From Candidatus Ratteibacteria bacterium (lineage in GTDB: Bacteria; Ratteibacteria; UBA8468; B48-G9; JAFGKM01), in the NCBI GenBank assembly GCA_046296715.1, contig JBKBIN010000002.1, positions 14,011 to 78,010 of the forward strand: 64,000 nt of DNA. The letters run 5' to 3'. Below, in pieces: positions 37,428 through 47,710 of the stretch. The notes beneath the pieces were generated by a model, which was given only the letters and a program-made list of their open reading frames with translations, was not told where the DNA came from and did not search any database. Every line of letters begins with the position of its first letter. Position 1 is the first letter of the stretch. A program made the translations under genes and the position numbers.

Positions 37428-38246
37428 ATGGATAAAGGAAAAATAGGTTTGTCTGCATATTCTTTAAATATTTTTAGAGAATGCGAAAGATGTTTTTACC
37501 TTCAAGTAAAATATAATATTTCAAGACCAAAAGGCCCAATGCCTTCAATTGCATCAGGTATAGATTCTTTGATAAAAAAATATTTTGAATCATTCAGAGA
37601 AAAAGGAGAATTACCTCCTTTTCTTAAAGGGAAAGTTAATGGCAAATTAATTACAAATCTGAAAAAAACATATTACTATGACATAGAAACTAATAAAAAC
37701 TATTATCTCTATGGACATCTTGATGAGGTAATTCAACTACCGAATGGTCTTTATATTCCACTTGATCATAAAACAAAAGCGAGTTTCCCAAAAGGAGAAC
37801 CACACGATGCATATAAATTTCAATTATCAATCTATTCATTACTTTTAAAAAAAGAAAACGAAAAAATAAAAAAAGAAAACAAAAAAATAAAAAAAGAAAA
37901 CAAAAAAAATGAAGTTGATTTCGGGTATCTTGTTTATTATTATCCAGAAAAAGGACTAATTGATTACAATGCCAATGAAATTAAAAATATAATAAATTTC
38001 AATTTTGAAGTAAAGGTAGTAAAATTGGATATAAATAAAACTAAAGAAATAATTGAAAGTGCTATAAGATGTATTGAAAATAGTAGACTTCCTGAAAAAG
38101 GGAAAGAATGTAAATACTGTGAATGGTTTGAGAAAGTAAAAATTTATTATATAGAAAATCCGGTTTATGAAGTGAAAATTAAAGAAGAAAAAGAAAACAG
38201 AAAAGTTGAAATAAAGAAAGAGGAATTTAAAGATACACTTTTTTAA
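37428..38246 (+). CDS. PD-(D/E)XK family nuclease with predicted Fe-S cluster (Cas4/DUF83-like), solo; contains an internal K/E-rich tandem repeat
   Basis: N-terminal Cys pair RECERCFYL. RecB-like motifs GHLDEV and IPLDHKTK. QhxxY motif FQLSIYSLL. C-terminal RCIEN...CKYCEW. No cas genes or CRISPR in the window. Confidence 0.5.
   Translation: MDKGKIGLSAYSLNIFRECERCFYLQVKYNISRPKGPMPSIASGIDSLIKKYFESFREKGELPPFLKGKVNGKLITNLKKTYYYDIETNKNYYLYGHLDEVIQLPNGLYIPLDHKTKASFPKGEPHDAYKFQLSIYSLLLKKENEKIKKENKKIKKENKKNEVDFGYLVYYYPEKGLIDYNANEIKNIINFNFEVKVVKLDINKTKEIIESAIRCIENSRLPEKGKECKYCEWFEKVKIYYIENPVYEVKIKEEKENRKVEIKKEEFKDTLF
37854..37916 (+). repeat. 21-nt tandem repeat x3 (GAAAACRAAAAAATAAAAAAA) inside the nuclease CDS, encoding ENEKIKK-ENKKIKK-ENKKNEV
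   Basis: Direct reading: units at 37854-37874, 37875-37895 and 37896-37916. In frame, so it keeps the ORF open. Confidence 0.7.
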
Positions 38247-38327
38247 ATTTTCCTAATAGACCTTAAAAAACAATAAATAGTTATATAGATGATTGCACAC
38301 CAAGAAATAATCATCATAATCCAACCA

Positions 38328-39872
38328 CTAAGTTTCAAATCTTTCTCCTTTTTTACTCCATGAAATTTTAACAAGGATACATAAAGCAATAAAAAGAATA
38401 AAAAGTATTATACGAGTCATTAAGATAAATGGCAAATTTTCTTGAGAAATGTTTTTTAATAATAAAGTAGGGATTGCATACTGAACTGTCCAGAAAAAAA
38501 GAATGCACATTAAAAACAATGGTGTTATATACTTAATTATAAACTTGTAAAATCTCGGTAAAGTAATATCAGAACCTGAATGCATTTCCTCCCAGGCTTT
38601 TTCTATTCCAAATACCCATGAAAAAAGAATTGTCTCTACTGTTGCAAAAACTACAAGTGCAAAAGTTCCACCCCAAAAATCAAGTTCATCAACAACTCCT
38701 TTACTTAAAAATAAAACAGAAAGATGGGAAAGTAAAAAACAAATGATACCAAAAATTAAAACACTTTTTCTCTTTGATAAATTAAACTCATCTTCAAGAA
38801 AAGCAATCGCTGGTTGACAAAGAGAAATTGAAGAAGTAAGACCTGCAAGGAAAAGTAAAAAGAACCATAATATTTCAAAAATTTTACCAAATGGAAGAGA
38901 TTTTAGGATTAAAGGCATTGTAACAAATCCAAGATTAAATGCTCCCTGATTTGCGACTTCTCTAATACCAATAGGACCAAAAAAAACAAAAGCAGCAGGA
39001 ATAACTATACTACCACCAAGAATAACTTCAGCAAATTCATTTGTACTTGCACTTGTAAGTCCTGAAAGTAAAACATCATCTTCTTTTGTTAAATAACTTG
39101 CATAAGTAAGAATAACTCCAATTCCAACACTTAATGTAAAAAATATCTGTCCTGCTGCTGAAAGCCAGACCTTCGCATCTTTCAACGAAGAAAAGTCAGG
39201 ATTCCATAAAAAGCCAAGTCCATTTAAAGGAGACCAATCTGGATTTGTTTCATTTTTTAATGTTAAAACTCTTATAACTAAAATTAAGGCAAAAATAAAT
39301 AAAGTAGGCATTGCAAATTTACATACCCTTTCTATTCCCCTTTTTATTCCAAAATATATAATAAATAGATTAAGAGCAAAAGTTATTACAAAGAAAAAAT
39401 AGGCAGGTAAAATTGAGGCAAAATACTCATTTTTAACAACTCCTTGATATCCTTGTAAAAATGCAACCATCTGTTCTTTTGTAGAGATTAAAGAAAAATC
39501 ACTCCTTAAAGGAAAAAATGTATAGGCAAGTAACCATGATTCAATATATATATAATAAATAAAAATTGCTATCGGACCAAAAATCCCAATAACACCAAAA
39601 TACTTGATAAATCTGTTTTTTCTCCATAATGATTGAAATATACCTGGAGCAGTTCCATGTCCAAATCCACCTCCAAACCTACCTATTGTCCATTCTATCC
39701 ACATCAAAGGAATCCCAAGTAAAAAAAGAGAGATAAAGTAAGGAATTATAAAAGCACCACCACCATTTTTTACCGCCTGAACAGGAAATCTTAAAAAATT
39801 ACCAAGACCAACAGCACTACCAGCAACTGCAAGAATAACTCCTAATCTACTTCCCCACTTTTCTCTTTCCAT
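38328..39872 (-). CDS. Sodium-dependent transporter, neurotransmitter:sodium symporter (NSS/SNF) family
   Basis: WGSRLGVILAVAGSAVGLGNFLRFP is the NSS N-terminal signature. 12-TM pattern. Confidence 0.8.
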   Translation of the reverse strand: MEREKWGSRLGVILAVAGSAVGLGNFLRFPVQAVKNGGGAFIIPYFISLFLLGIPLMWIEWTIGRFGGGFGHGTAPGIFQSLWRKNRFIKYFGVIGIFGPIAIFIYYIYIESWLLAYTFFPLRSDFSLISTKEQMVAFLQGYQGVVKNEYFASILPAYFFFVITFALNLFIIYFGIKRGIERVCKFAMPTLFIFALILVIRVLTLKNETNPDWSPLNGLGFLWNPDFSSLKDAKVWLSAAGQIFFTLSVGIGVILTYASYLTKEDDVLLSGLTSASTNEFAEVILGGSIVIPAAFVFFGPIGIREVANQGAFNLGFVTMPLILKSLPFGKIFEILWFFLLFLAGLTSSISLCQPAIAFLEDEFNLSKRKSVLIFGIICFLLSHLSVLFLSKGVVDELDFWGGTFALVVFATVETILFSWVFGIEKAWEEMHSGSDITLPRFYKFIIKYITPLFLMCILFFWTVQYAIPTLLLKNISQENLPFILMTRIILFILFIALCILVKISWSKKGERFET

Positions 39873-39875
39873 CTT

Positions 39876-40640
39876 TTATAATTTTAAATTTCTCAAAAAC
39901 TCAACACACTTTTTATATCCAACTTCCTTATCATTCCCTTCGTATTCAACACACCAAACACCTTTATATTTATTCTCTATAAGTATTTTTATTGCATCAA
40001 CAACAGGAATCTCTCCTTGCCCAAGAACTTTTCCAATATAATTTTCTCTGCTACCAACTCCATCTTTTATATGTGTATGTAAAGTATAAGGTGCAATTAA
40101 TTTATATATTTCAACAAGTTTTTCAACAGGATATCCATACCATCTATAATTCATTGTATCAAGATTTGCTCCAAGAAATTTTGAATTAATCTTTTTAAAT
40201 ATCTCAATTTGAAACTCATAATCATTAGTTATTACACCATGATTATCAAGGGCAAGATATACATTTTCTTTCTCAGCAATCTCAATACTTCTTTCAATCC
40301 CCTCAATTATCAAATCTTTATAATCCTTAATGTTAACTCCTTCTTTAGGCCAACCACCATCAATTCTTATTATATTACACTCTAACTCTTTAACTTTTTT
40401 ACACAACTGACCCACTTTTTCAACCTGATTTAGAAGTTCTTCTTTTGTCTTTTGAACAAAATCATTCCCTGCACTAACTTGTGAAATTTTTACATTATAT
40501 TTATTCATTATTTTCTTTGCTTGTTCTAAATCTTTAGCAGAGATTTCAATAAATTCAACAAAATTCTCTTTGCACCATTTAAAAATATCTTCTATATCTT
40601 TAAAAGAGAAATTATATGCTATCACACCGAGTTTTTCCAT
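39876..40640 (-). CDS. Sugar phosphate isomerase/epimerase (xylose isomerase-like TIM barrel)
   Basis: Start moved to ATG 40638-40640 (MEKLGVIAYNF...), with SD AAGGAG 5 nt upstream. The track's 40730 start has no RBS. The family pattern is AP-endonuclease 2 / TIM barrel (LDNHG, HIKD). Confidence 0.6.
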   Translation of the reverse strand: MEKLGVIAYNFSFKDIEDIFKWCKENFVEFIEISAKDLEQAKKIMNKYNVKISQVSAGNDFVQKTKEELLNQVEKVGQLCKKVKELECNIIRIDGGWPKEGVNIKDYKDLIIEGIERSIEIAEKENVYLALDNHGVITNDYEFQIEIFKKINSKFLGANLDTMNYRWYGYPVEKLVEIYKLIAPYTLHTHIKDGVGSRENYIGKVLGQGEIPVVDAIKILIENKYKGVWCVEYEGNDKEVGYKKCVEFLRNLKL

Positions 40641-40711
40641 TTTTTCTCCTTTTCTATCTTTTATTGTAATATATTTTTGGGAAAATTTGAAATTTAATGT
40701 ATAATAATTGA

Positions 40712-41380
40712 ATGTTGTATATAGTTGCAACTCCTATAGGAAATATTAAGGATATAACTTTAAGAGGTTTAGAAATTCTAAAAGAGGTAGATTTGATTTT
40801 GTGCGAGGATACAAGGGAAACGAGTAAACTTTTAAACCATTATAATATTAAAAAACCACTTTTGAGTTATTATAGAGAAATTGAAAAAAAGAAAGTTGCA
40901 AAGGTAATTGAATTATTAAAGGAGGGTAAAGATATAGCACTTGTATGTGATAGAGGAACACCTGGAATTTCAGACCCTGCTTATATACTTGTGAACGAAG
41001 CATATAAAAATAATATAAAAGTAATTCCAATTCCAGGACCATCTGCATTAACAGCAGCAATGAGTATTTCGGGTTTCCCTTTAAATAAAGTTTATTTTTT
41101 AGGATTTTTACCAAAGAAAGAAAATGAAAAAAGGAAAATTTTTAAAGAGTTAAAAGATGAAACAATTATATTTTTTGAATCTGTCCATAGAATTGAAAAA
41201 ACAATGAATTTACTTTATGAAATTATGCCAGAAAAAGAAATCTTTATTGGAAGAGAATTGACAAAATTTTTTGAAGAAATAATAAGAGGAAAAGTTAAAG
41301 AAGTATATGAAATTTTTAAAAAAGCGAAGAAAAAAGGAGAATTTGTTATTATTATAAAAGGAGAAAAAAATGGCTCTTAA
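40712..41380 (+). CDS. rsmI: 16S rRNA (cytidine1402-2'-O)-methyltransferase RsmI
   Basis: MLYIVATPIGNIKDITLRGLEILKEVDLILCEDTR is the canonical RsmI N-terminus. Confidence 0.85.
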   Translation: MLYIVATPIGNIKDITLRGLEILKEVDLILCEDTRETSKLLNHYNIKKPLLSYYREIEKKKVAKVIELLKEGKDIALVCDRGTPGISDPAYILVNEAYKNNIKVIPIPGPSALTAAMSISGFPLNKVYFLGFLPKKENEKRKIFKELKDETIIFFESVHRIEKTMNLLYEIMPEKEIFIGRELTKFFEEIIRGKVKEVYEIFKKAKKKGEFVIIIKGEKNGS

Positions 41381-42086
41381 ATTCTTTAGGAAAAGAAAAA
41401 ATGTTAGAATTATTCTTTGGATTATAACAATTCTTATTATCCCTGGTTTTTTCTTATGGGGTGTCGGAATTGGTGAAAGTAAGAAATCTCAATATGCAGC
41501 AATTGTAAATAGAGAACCAATATACTTGAGAGATTTTTACGATCAGTTATATAAAGTTGAAGAAAGATATAAACAAATTTTTGGAGAAAATTATAATCAA
41601 ATTAGAGACAAATTAAATATTGAGAAAAGTGTTTTAGAAAGTATGATTAGAGAAAAATTGTTATTCCAGCAAGCAAAAAAAAGAAGAATAAGAGTTTATA
41701 AAAATGAAATAGTGAGTGTGATAAAACAAGACCCTGTTTTCAAAAATGAAAAAGGAGAGTTTGACGAAGAAAAATTTAAGCAAATAATCAGTAATTATCC
41801 AGATGAAGAACTTGCCAAAATTGAAGAGGAAATAAAAAAAGAAATTTTATTACAAAAACTTAAGGAACAGGTTGTATCTGAAACAAATATAGATGTAAGT
41901 GAAAAAGAAATAGAAGATTATGCAAAATTTACAGGAAATGAAAAAATTGATAAAGAAAACATAAGAAAAATGATTTTATGGCAGAAGAAAGAAAAATATT
42001 TTGAGGACTGGTATAAAAAATTAAGAGAAAAATCAAAAGTAATTATCTACTTAAATTTTGAAAATAAAGCAGGAAAAAATGATTGA
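41370..42086 (+). CDS. Membrane-anchored SurA N-terminal-domain-like (PpiD-like) chaperone protein
   Basis: N-terminal TM. AAIVNREPIYLRDFYDQL is SurA_N-like. K/E-rich helical region. No PPIase domain. SD AAAGGAG. Confidence 0.35.
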   Translation: MALKFFRKRKNVRIILWIITILIIPGFFLWGVGIGESKKSQYAAIVNREPIYLRDFYDQLYKVEERYKQIFGENYNQIRDKLNIEKSVLESMIREKLLFQQAKKRRIRVYKNEIVSVIKQDPVFKNEKGEFDEEKFKQIISNYPDEELAKIEEEIKKEILLQKLKEQVVSETNIDVSEKEIEDYAKFTGNEKIDKENIRKMILWQKKEKYFEDWYKKLREKSKVIIYLNFENKAGKND

Positions 42087-43263
42087 AATTAGACCATTTA
42101 AAGGATTTTTATATAATCTTGAGAAAATTAAAGATATTGGTAATGTTATTTCCCCGCCTTGGGATTTAGTAAATCAGGAATTGAAAGAAAAACTTTTGTC
42201 TGTCTGTGAATATAATATAGCAAAATTGATAACAGGTGAAAATAATCCCCAAGAGGTTTTAAATTGTTTTAACTTGTGGATAAAAAATAAAATTTTAATT
42301 CAAGATAAGAAAGAAAATTTTTATTTTTTAAAAACAACCTTTGAATATGAAAACAAAATTTATAAAAGGAGTGGGATAATTGGAATTTTAAAATTAGAAG
42401 ATTTTCAGAAAGGAGAAATAATCCCACACGAAAAAATTTTTAAGAAATATTCAGATAATAGATATAAACTTATTGAAAAATGTAGAGCAAATTTCTGTCC
42501 TGTTTTTATGTTATATCAGGATAAAAATTTTCTAATTGAGCAAATAATTGAGAAAGAGAAAATTTACTCAAAATTTAAAATTAATAGCGAAAACTTTGAA
42601 TTTGGGAAAGTTGAAGATGTGGATAATATAGAAATTGTAAAAAATTTTTTTAGAGATAAAAAAATTTTTATTGCTGATGGACATCATAGATATAATGCCT
42701 CACTTATGTTTTATAAAGATAATCCCAATCCTGAAAATGCTTATATCCTTGTTTATCTTGCAAATATTGAATCTGAAGGTGTCTTAATTCTTCCTACACA
42801 TAGATACATTCCAGCAGATGTTGAAATAAATTTTAGCCATAACAACATTAAGATAATTGAAAAACCAGATTTTGAAAGTATGAGAGAGCAAATGAGAAAA
42901 GGACAAAGAGAAATAGGTATGTTCTATAATAGAAGATTTTACATACTTAATTTAAATGAGTATATAAAAAAAATTGATGCTGATACTGACTATAAAAATC
43001 TTGACACATTTATTGTTGACAACTACCTTCTGAAAGATTTTGTTAAGTTAAAAGAAGATGTTGAATTTCTTTACCATAGTTCAATAGATTATCTTTTTAA
43101 AGAATACGAAAAAAGAAAAAAAGGAGTTATTTTCTATTTAAATCCAGTTAAAAAAGATATATTTATTGAAATGTGTTTAAAAGAGAAAATTATGCCCCAT
43201 AAATCAACTTTCTTCTTTCCAAAAGTTCCTTCTGGTCTTGTTATTTATAAATTTCCAAAATAG
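42079..43263 (+). CDS. DUF1015 family protein
   Basis: MIEIRPFKGFLYN...ISPPWDLV...IADGHHRYNAS is the hallmark of DUF1015. The ATG at 42079 (AGGA 5 nt upstream) is preferred over the track's TTG at 42058. Confidence 0.65.
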   Translation: MIEIRPFKGFLYNLEKIKDIGNVISPPWDLVNQELKEKLLSVCEYNIAKLITGENNPQEVLNCFNLWIKNKILIQDKKENFYFLKTTFEYENKIYKRSGIIGILKLEDFQKGEIIPHEKIFKKYSDNRYKLIEKCRANFCPVFMLYQDKNFLIEQIIEKEKIYSKFKINSENFEFGKVEDVDNIEIVKNFFRDKKIFIADGHHRYNASLMFYKDNPNPENAYILVYLANIESEGVLILPTHRYIPADVEINFSHNNIKIIEKPDFESMREQMRKGQREIGMFYNRRFYILNLNEYIKKIDADTDYKNLDTFIVDNYLLKDFVKLKEDVEFLYHSSIDYLFKEYEKRKKGVIFYLNPVKKDIFIEMCLKEKIMPHKSTFFFPKVPSGLVIYKFPK

Positions 43264-44260
43264 AGGAGAGATAATCAACAATTTTATAAGCATTTTTCTC
43301 TTTCACATAACCCATACCACATGAAGGAGTAAAAATCAATTGTTTTTGTATTTCTTCAATTTTATATCCCTTTTTTTTAAAATACTTAGAAATTGAATAT
43401 AATTTTTCTTTTATCTCTTCTAAATCTATATTTTCAATCTCATCAGTAGATGGAATTATTCCCAATGCAATAATTTTTTCATTTTGTAAAAAATTTCTTA
43501 TATCATCCCAATATACAAAGAAATTTTCGTAATAGGTAAAAGCATCAAAACTCAAAATGTCTATATCTAAATTTAAAAAAATATTCCAATCAGTATTACC
43601 ACAACAATGAATCCCTATTAAAATATCATTATCCCTTTCCCTTAAAAATTTTATTAATCCTTCAAAAATATTTATTATTCTATTTTTATCAAGAGGAAAA
43701 AAGGCAGAACCAAAACTTGACATTACTGGTTCGTCATAAAAAATCACAGGGCTTTTTCCTTTTTCTTTTATTTTTTTGGCTAACCATAAGCCCTTCATTC
43801 CAAGAAATTTGACAAAAAGATCTTCAACAATTTCATTGAATATTAAAGGTTTCCCTTCTTTGTCTTTAACTGTTGATAAAAAAGTGATAGGTCCTGAAAT
43901 TTGTCCTTTTAAGAAAAATCCTTCTAATTCAATATTTAGTAATTCGTAAATTCCAATTCCATAGTCCTTACTAATTTTAAAATATTCAATATCATTTTCT
44001 TCTATTTTCTGATAGGTATCTAAAATATCTTGTTCTGAATATGAAAAAATAATTTTCCTTTCTTCTAATCTGATACCTGGCATATTTTCAATTACTTGAA
44101 TATTCATATCATCTTTAAAGTTTAATCTGGGCAATTGTGGTAAAAAAGGAATATCTTTGAAATTGTTTTTAATAAACTCAATACTTTCTTGCAAATCTCT
44201 GAAAGGTAAACTCCCAATCCCTGTAATTTTTTTTCCTACTTTTTTCAAAATTTCAATCAT
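43241..44260 (-). CDS. Short MetE/UroD-superfamily protein (cobalamin-independent methionine synthase C-terminal-like / methyltransferase)
   Basis: IGIHCCGNTDW and FTPSCGMG resemble the Zn-ligand motifs of MetE-like enzymes (H.C...C). 339 aa. Confidence 0.4.
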   Translation of the reverse strand: MIEILKKVGKKITGIGSLPFRDLQESIEFIKNNFKDIPFLPQLPRLNFKDDMNIQVIENMPGIRLEERKIIFSYSEQDILDTYQKIEENDIEYFKISKDYGIGIYELLNIELEGFFLKGQISGPITFLSTVKDKEGKPLIFNEIVEDLFVKFLGMKGLWLAKKIKEKGKSPVIFYDEPVMSSFGSAFFPLDKNRIINIFEGLIKFLRERDNDILIGIHCCGNTDWNIFLNLDIDILSFDAFTYYENFFVYWDDIRNFLQNEKIIALGIIPSTDEIENIDLEEIKEKLYSISKYFKKKGYKIEEIQKQLIFTPSCGMGYVKEKNAYKIVDYLSSILEIYK

Positions 44261-44978
44261 TTTTTATAACCTCATTTTTAAGAGGATATTTCCCACAACT
44301 AAATTTTTCTCCTTCAGGACAATAACCAAGATATTCACATTTTGGACCACTTTTTTCAAATACGGAAGGCAAATTTTCCTTGCATATTTTAAGCATTTCA
44401 TAAGCAAGGGCTCTTATTTCCCACTGAGCACGGCTGCAGCATCTAACTCTAAAAAAATTAAGAAGTTCTCTACAGTTCATAGTAACAACAATTTTTGTTT
44501 CTGTCGCATTTGGCAATATATATCTTGCATCCTGATTTGCCATTTCCCCTTCAACACCCAGTTCTTTAAATCTTTCAATCAATTTTTTATATGCCTCTTT
44601 AATTTCATTTAGAATACTTTGATATATCTCTAATAAACTTCTATCGTTTTTTATAGACGGTGGAATAATATAATTAAAATTTTTCATATTTACATATCTT
44701 TGACTCTGCTGTGAATATGAAGCAATTCTGTGTCTGACAAGTTGATGTGTTAAAGCACGAGATACACCCGAAATTGCAAAAGTAAATTTTACATGTTCAA
44801 GAACACTTTCATGTCCTGATTTTACAATTTCATTTATAAATTTTCTTATTTTATCTTTTTTTATATTATTTGCTTCAATAAAAATCCCATAAGCATCTTT
44901 TTCTGAATAACATTGCCTTGCAGCAGAATAAATAATTTCTTCAGGATTTGCTGTCATTTCTAATAATTCTACTTTCAT
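44253..44978 (-). CDS. thyX: FAD-dependent thymidylate synthase ThyX
   Basis: LVRHRIASYSQQSQRYV is the ThyX RHRxxSxxxxSxR motif. Confidence 0.85.
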   Translation of the reverse strand: MKVELLEMTANPEEIIYSAARQCYSEKDAYGIFIEANNIKKDKIRKFINEIVKSGHESVLEHVKFTFAISGVSRALTHQLVRHRIASYSQQSQRYVNMKNFNYIIPPSIKNDRSLLEIYQSILNEIKEAYKKLIERFKELGVEGEMANQDARYILPNATETKIVVTMNCRELLNFFRVRCCSRAQWEIRALAYEMLKICKENLPSVFEKSGPKCEYLGYCPEGEKFSCGKYPLKNEVIKND

Positions 44979-45080
44979 ATTTACTCCTTTTTAAAATTTG
45001 ACTTGAATTTTTTTTATATTATACTATAATTTTTAAAGTAGCACGAATTTTAAAAAAATAACACAAAAGGAGGTGAAAAA

Positions 45081-45794
45081 ATGACAGGTAAAAGATGTGA
45101 AAAAATTGGAGGATTTTTGATTTTCTTCTTTGTTTTTTCATCTCTTCTTTATGCAGGAAGACCCTTAACAACAGATGATGCTTATACAGTTGAAAAAGGA
45201 AAGTTTGAACTTGAGATTGGATATGATTTTACAGAAAATAATGATAAAACAAAAAATCAAGAAATTGGAATCTCTTTAAAATATGGATTAACTGATTGGT
45301 TGGATTTTGGGATTTCTTCTCCTTTCTTAATTAAAGAAAGTGATTTAAAAGTAAATGAATGGAAAAGAATTGAGATAGGTGCTAAATTTTCTATTTTAAA
45401 GGAAAATGAAAAAACACCAGGAATTTCTTTTACAATTTCAGCAACACCAAATCCAAATGAAGGTGATACAGAATTTTCTCTAAACTCAATATTATCAAAA
45501 AACTTTGGAAAATTAATTTGGCACTTAAATTTAGGAACATATTTCCAAAAAACTTCTTCAAGCAGTGAACAATACTTTACTTATTCAACTGCTTTAGAAT
45601 ATCCAATCAGTGAAAAATTAAATTTTGTTAGTGAAATTGTTGGAAAAAATAATGATGAAAAACCTCTTGAAATTCTTATTGGTTTAAATTTTACACTAAA
45701 TGATTATATAGTTTATGACTTTGGGTTTTCTAAAGGACTTAATAATGATGCATCTAATTGGAGGATAACTACAGGATTTACATTTAACTGGTAA
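45081..45794 (+). CDS. Outer-membrane beta-barrel protein (MetA-pathway/transporter-like small porin), first gene of the Ni/Co uptake locus
   Basis: Signal peptide. Alternating amphipathic beta-strands. C-terminal aromatic ending TGFTFNW. Strong promoter (TTGACT-17-TATACT/TATAAT) and SD AAAGGAGGTG. Confidence 0.45.
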   Translation: MTGKRCEKIGGFLIFFFVFSSLLYAGRPLTTDDAYTVEKGKFELEIGYDFTENNDKTKNQEIGISLKYGLTDWLDFGISSPFLIKESDLKVNEWKRIEIGAKFSILKENEKTPGISFTISATPNPNEGDTEFSLNSILSKNFGKLIWHLNLGTYFQKTSSSSEQYFTYSTALEYPISEKLNFVSEIVGKNNDEKPLEILIGLNFTLNDYIVYDFGFSKGLNNDASNWRITTGFTFNW

Positions 45795-45808
45795 AAAAGG
45801 AGGAAGAT

Positions 45809-46573
45809 ATGTTAAAAAAAATATTTTTCTTTCTGTTTGTATCAGTCGTTTTAAATTTATTTGCTCATTTTGGTATGATTATTCCTTCCTCTGATATAGT
45901 AGAGGAAAAAGAAAAAGCAACTATAAATTTAAAAATCCTTTTTGCACATCCTTTTGAAGGAAAAACTATGCCTATGGAAAAACCAGAAGATTTTGGACTA
46001 CTTTTTAAAAAAGAAAAAATATCATTATTAAATCAGTTAAAGGAAGCAAATTTCAAATTCTATTCAGATGAAAAAGCAAATAAAGGGTGGATTTTAAGTT
46101 ATAATTTAAAAAGGCCAGGTGATTATATTTTTTACTGTATTCCTAAACCATATTTTGAACCAGCAGAAGAAAAATATATAATCCATTATACAAAAGTTAT
46201 TGTAAATGGATTTGGAATGGGAGAAGGATGGGACAAAGAAGTTGGATTAAAAGTTGAGATTATTCCGCTTGTAAGACCTTATGGACTTTATACAGGAAAT
46301 ACTTTTTATGGAATAGTCAAATTTAACGGAAAAGAAGTTCCTTTCTGCGATGTTGAGATTGAATATTTCAATGAAAAAGGAAATTTAAAGGCACCATATT
46401 CTCCTTTTATAACACAAGTCATAAAAACAGATAAAAATGGTGTATTTTATTATTCTTTCCCTAAAAGTGGATGGTATGGTTTTTCAGCAATTTGTACAGA
46501 TGAAAAGAAAATAAATAACAAAGAAGTTGAAGTTGCAGGTGTTTTATGGATTAAAGTTTATGATATGAAATAA
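45809..46573 (+). CDS. Periplasmic DUF4198-like protein (NikK-like accessory component of Nik/Cbi(MN)QO transporter)
   Basis: Signal peptide followed by [10 protein letters not shown]. Sits immediately upstream of cbiM. SD AAAGGAGGAAG. Confidence 0.45.
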   Translation: MLKKIFFFLFVSVVLNLFAHFGMIIPSSDIVEEKEKATINLKILFAHPFEGKTMPMEKPEDFGLLFKKEKISLLNQLKEANFKFYSDEKANKGWILSYNLKRPGDYIFYCIPKPYFEPAEEKYIIHYTKVIVNGFGMGEGWDKEVGLKVEIIPLVRPYGLYTGNTFYGIVKFNGKEVPFCDVEIEYFNEKGNLKAPYSPFITQVIKTDKNGVFYYSFPKSGWYGFSAICTDEKKINNKEVEVAGVLWIKVYDMK

Positions 46574-46574
46574 A

Positions 46575-47168
46575 ATGCATATATCTGAAGGTATATTATC
46601 AGGTAAGGTTCTTGGTATAGGAGCAGGTATAACATTAGCAGGAACATTTATTGGAATTAAGGATTTAAAATTTGACGACTATCCAAAAGTTTCTCTATTA
46701 ACAAGTGCTTTTTTTGTTGCATCACTGATTCATGTTCCTATTGGTCCAACAAGTACCCATCTTGTTTTAAATGGTTTATGTGGAATAATCCTTGGCTGGA
46801 AAACTTTTCCTTCTATTTTACTTGCTTTGTTTTTACAGGCAATTTTGTTTCAATTTGGTGGGCTAACTACTCTTGGTGTTAATACTACAAATATGGCAAT
46901 TCCAGCAATAATTTCATATTATTTATTCAGACCATTCTTGAAAAAGAGTTATTTTATCACTGGTTTTTTTAGTGGCTTTTTCTCAATTGTCTTTTCATCT
47001 CTTCTGGTTTGTTTTTCCCTTTACTTTACAGAAAAGCATTTTTTAAACCTTGCAAAAACAATATTTATTGCTAATTTGCCTATTGCAATAATTGAAGGAA
47101 TAATAACTGGCTTTATTTTAACTTTCTTAAGTAAAACAAAAAAAGAAATAATATGGGGTGAAAAATGA
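46575..47168 (+). CDS. cbiM: ECF transporter substrate-capture subunit CbiM/NikM
   Basis: MHISEGILSG... is the conserved CbiM N-terminus. Multi-TM. Confidence 0.8.
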   Translation: MHISEGILSGKVLGIGAGITLAGTFIGIKDLKFDDYPKVSLLTSAFFVASLIHVPIGPTSTHLVLNGLCGIILGWKTFPSILLALFLQAILFQFGGLTTLGVNTTNMAIPAIISYYLFRPFLKKSYFITGFFSGFFSIVFSSLLVCFSLYFTEKHFLNLAKTIFIANLPIAIIEGIITGFILTFLSKTKKEIIWGEK

Positions 47169-47710
47169 AAAAAATTATTCTTTCTTTGTTAATTTTAAAT
47201 TTTTTTGCTTTCGCACACAAAATAAATATTTTTTCTTATAAAGAAGGAGAGAAAATTTTTGTTGAAGGATATTTTGCGGATGGAAAACCATGTAAAAATT
47301 CACAAGTTATTGTATATGATGAGAATCAAAAAGAAATACTTAAAGGGAAAACAAATGAAGAAGGAATTTTTTCTTTTGATATCCCAGAAACATCTAAAAT
47401 AAAAGTAGTTTTAATTGCTGATGTGGGACACAAGGTAGAAACTGAGATGCAATTAAAAGAAAAAGAAACTGAAAAAAGAATAGTAAAAGAAGAAAAAAAA
47501 GCAGAACAAAAGCAAATTCAAATAAATATTGATGAAGAAAAGATAAGAAAAATTGTTGAAGAAAGTATAGAAAGAGAGATAAATAAAATCTTAAAAGAAA
47601 TTGAAAAAGAAAAACAGAAAGTTAAAATTCAGGATATAATAGGAGGTTTTGGTTATATCTTAGGTATATTTGGTATTTTTCTTTATTTACGAAATCGCAC
47701 ATTAAAATGA
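47165..47710 (+). CDS. NikL/CbiN-position accessory membrane protein with a transthyretin-like periplasmic domain
   Basis: N-terminal signal/TM. HKINIFSYKEGEKIFVEGYFADGKPCKNSQVIVYDEN...EGIFSFDIPE is a carboxypeptidase-regulatory-like fold. K/E coiled coil. C-terminal TM GGFGYILGIFGIFLYL. Confidence 0.4.
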   Translation: MKKIILSLLILNFFAFAHKINIFSYKEGEKIFVEGYFADGKPCKNSQVIVYDENQKEILKGKTNEEGIFSFDIPETSKIKVVLIADVGHKVETEMQLKEKETEKRIVKEEKKAEQKQIQINIDEEKIRKIVEESIEREINKILKEIEKEKQKVKIQDIIGGFGYILGIFGIFLYLRNRTLK

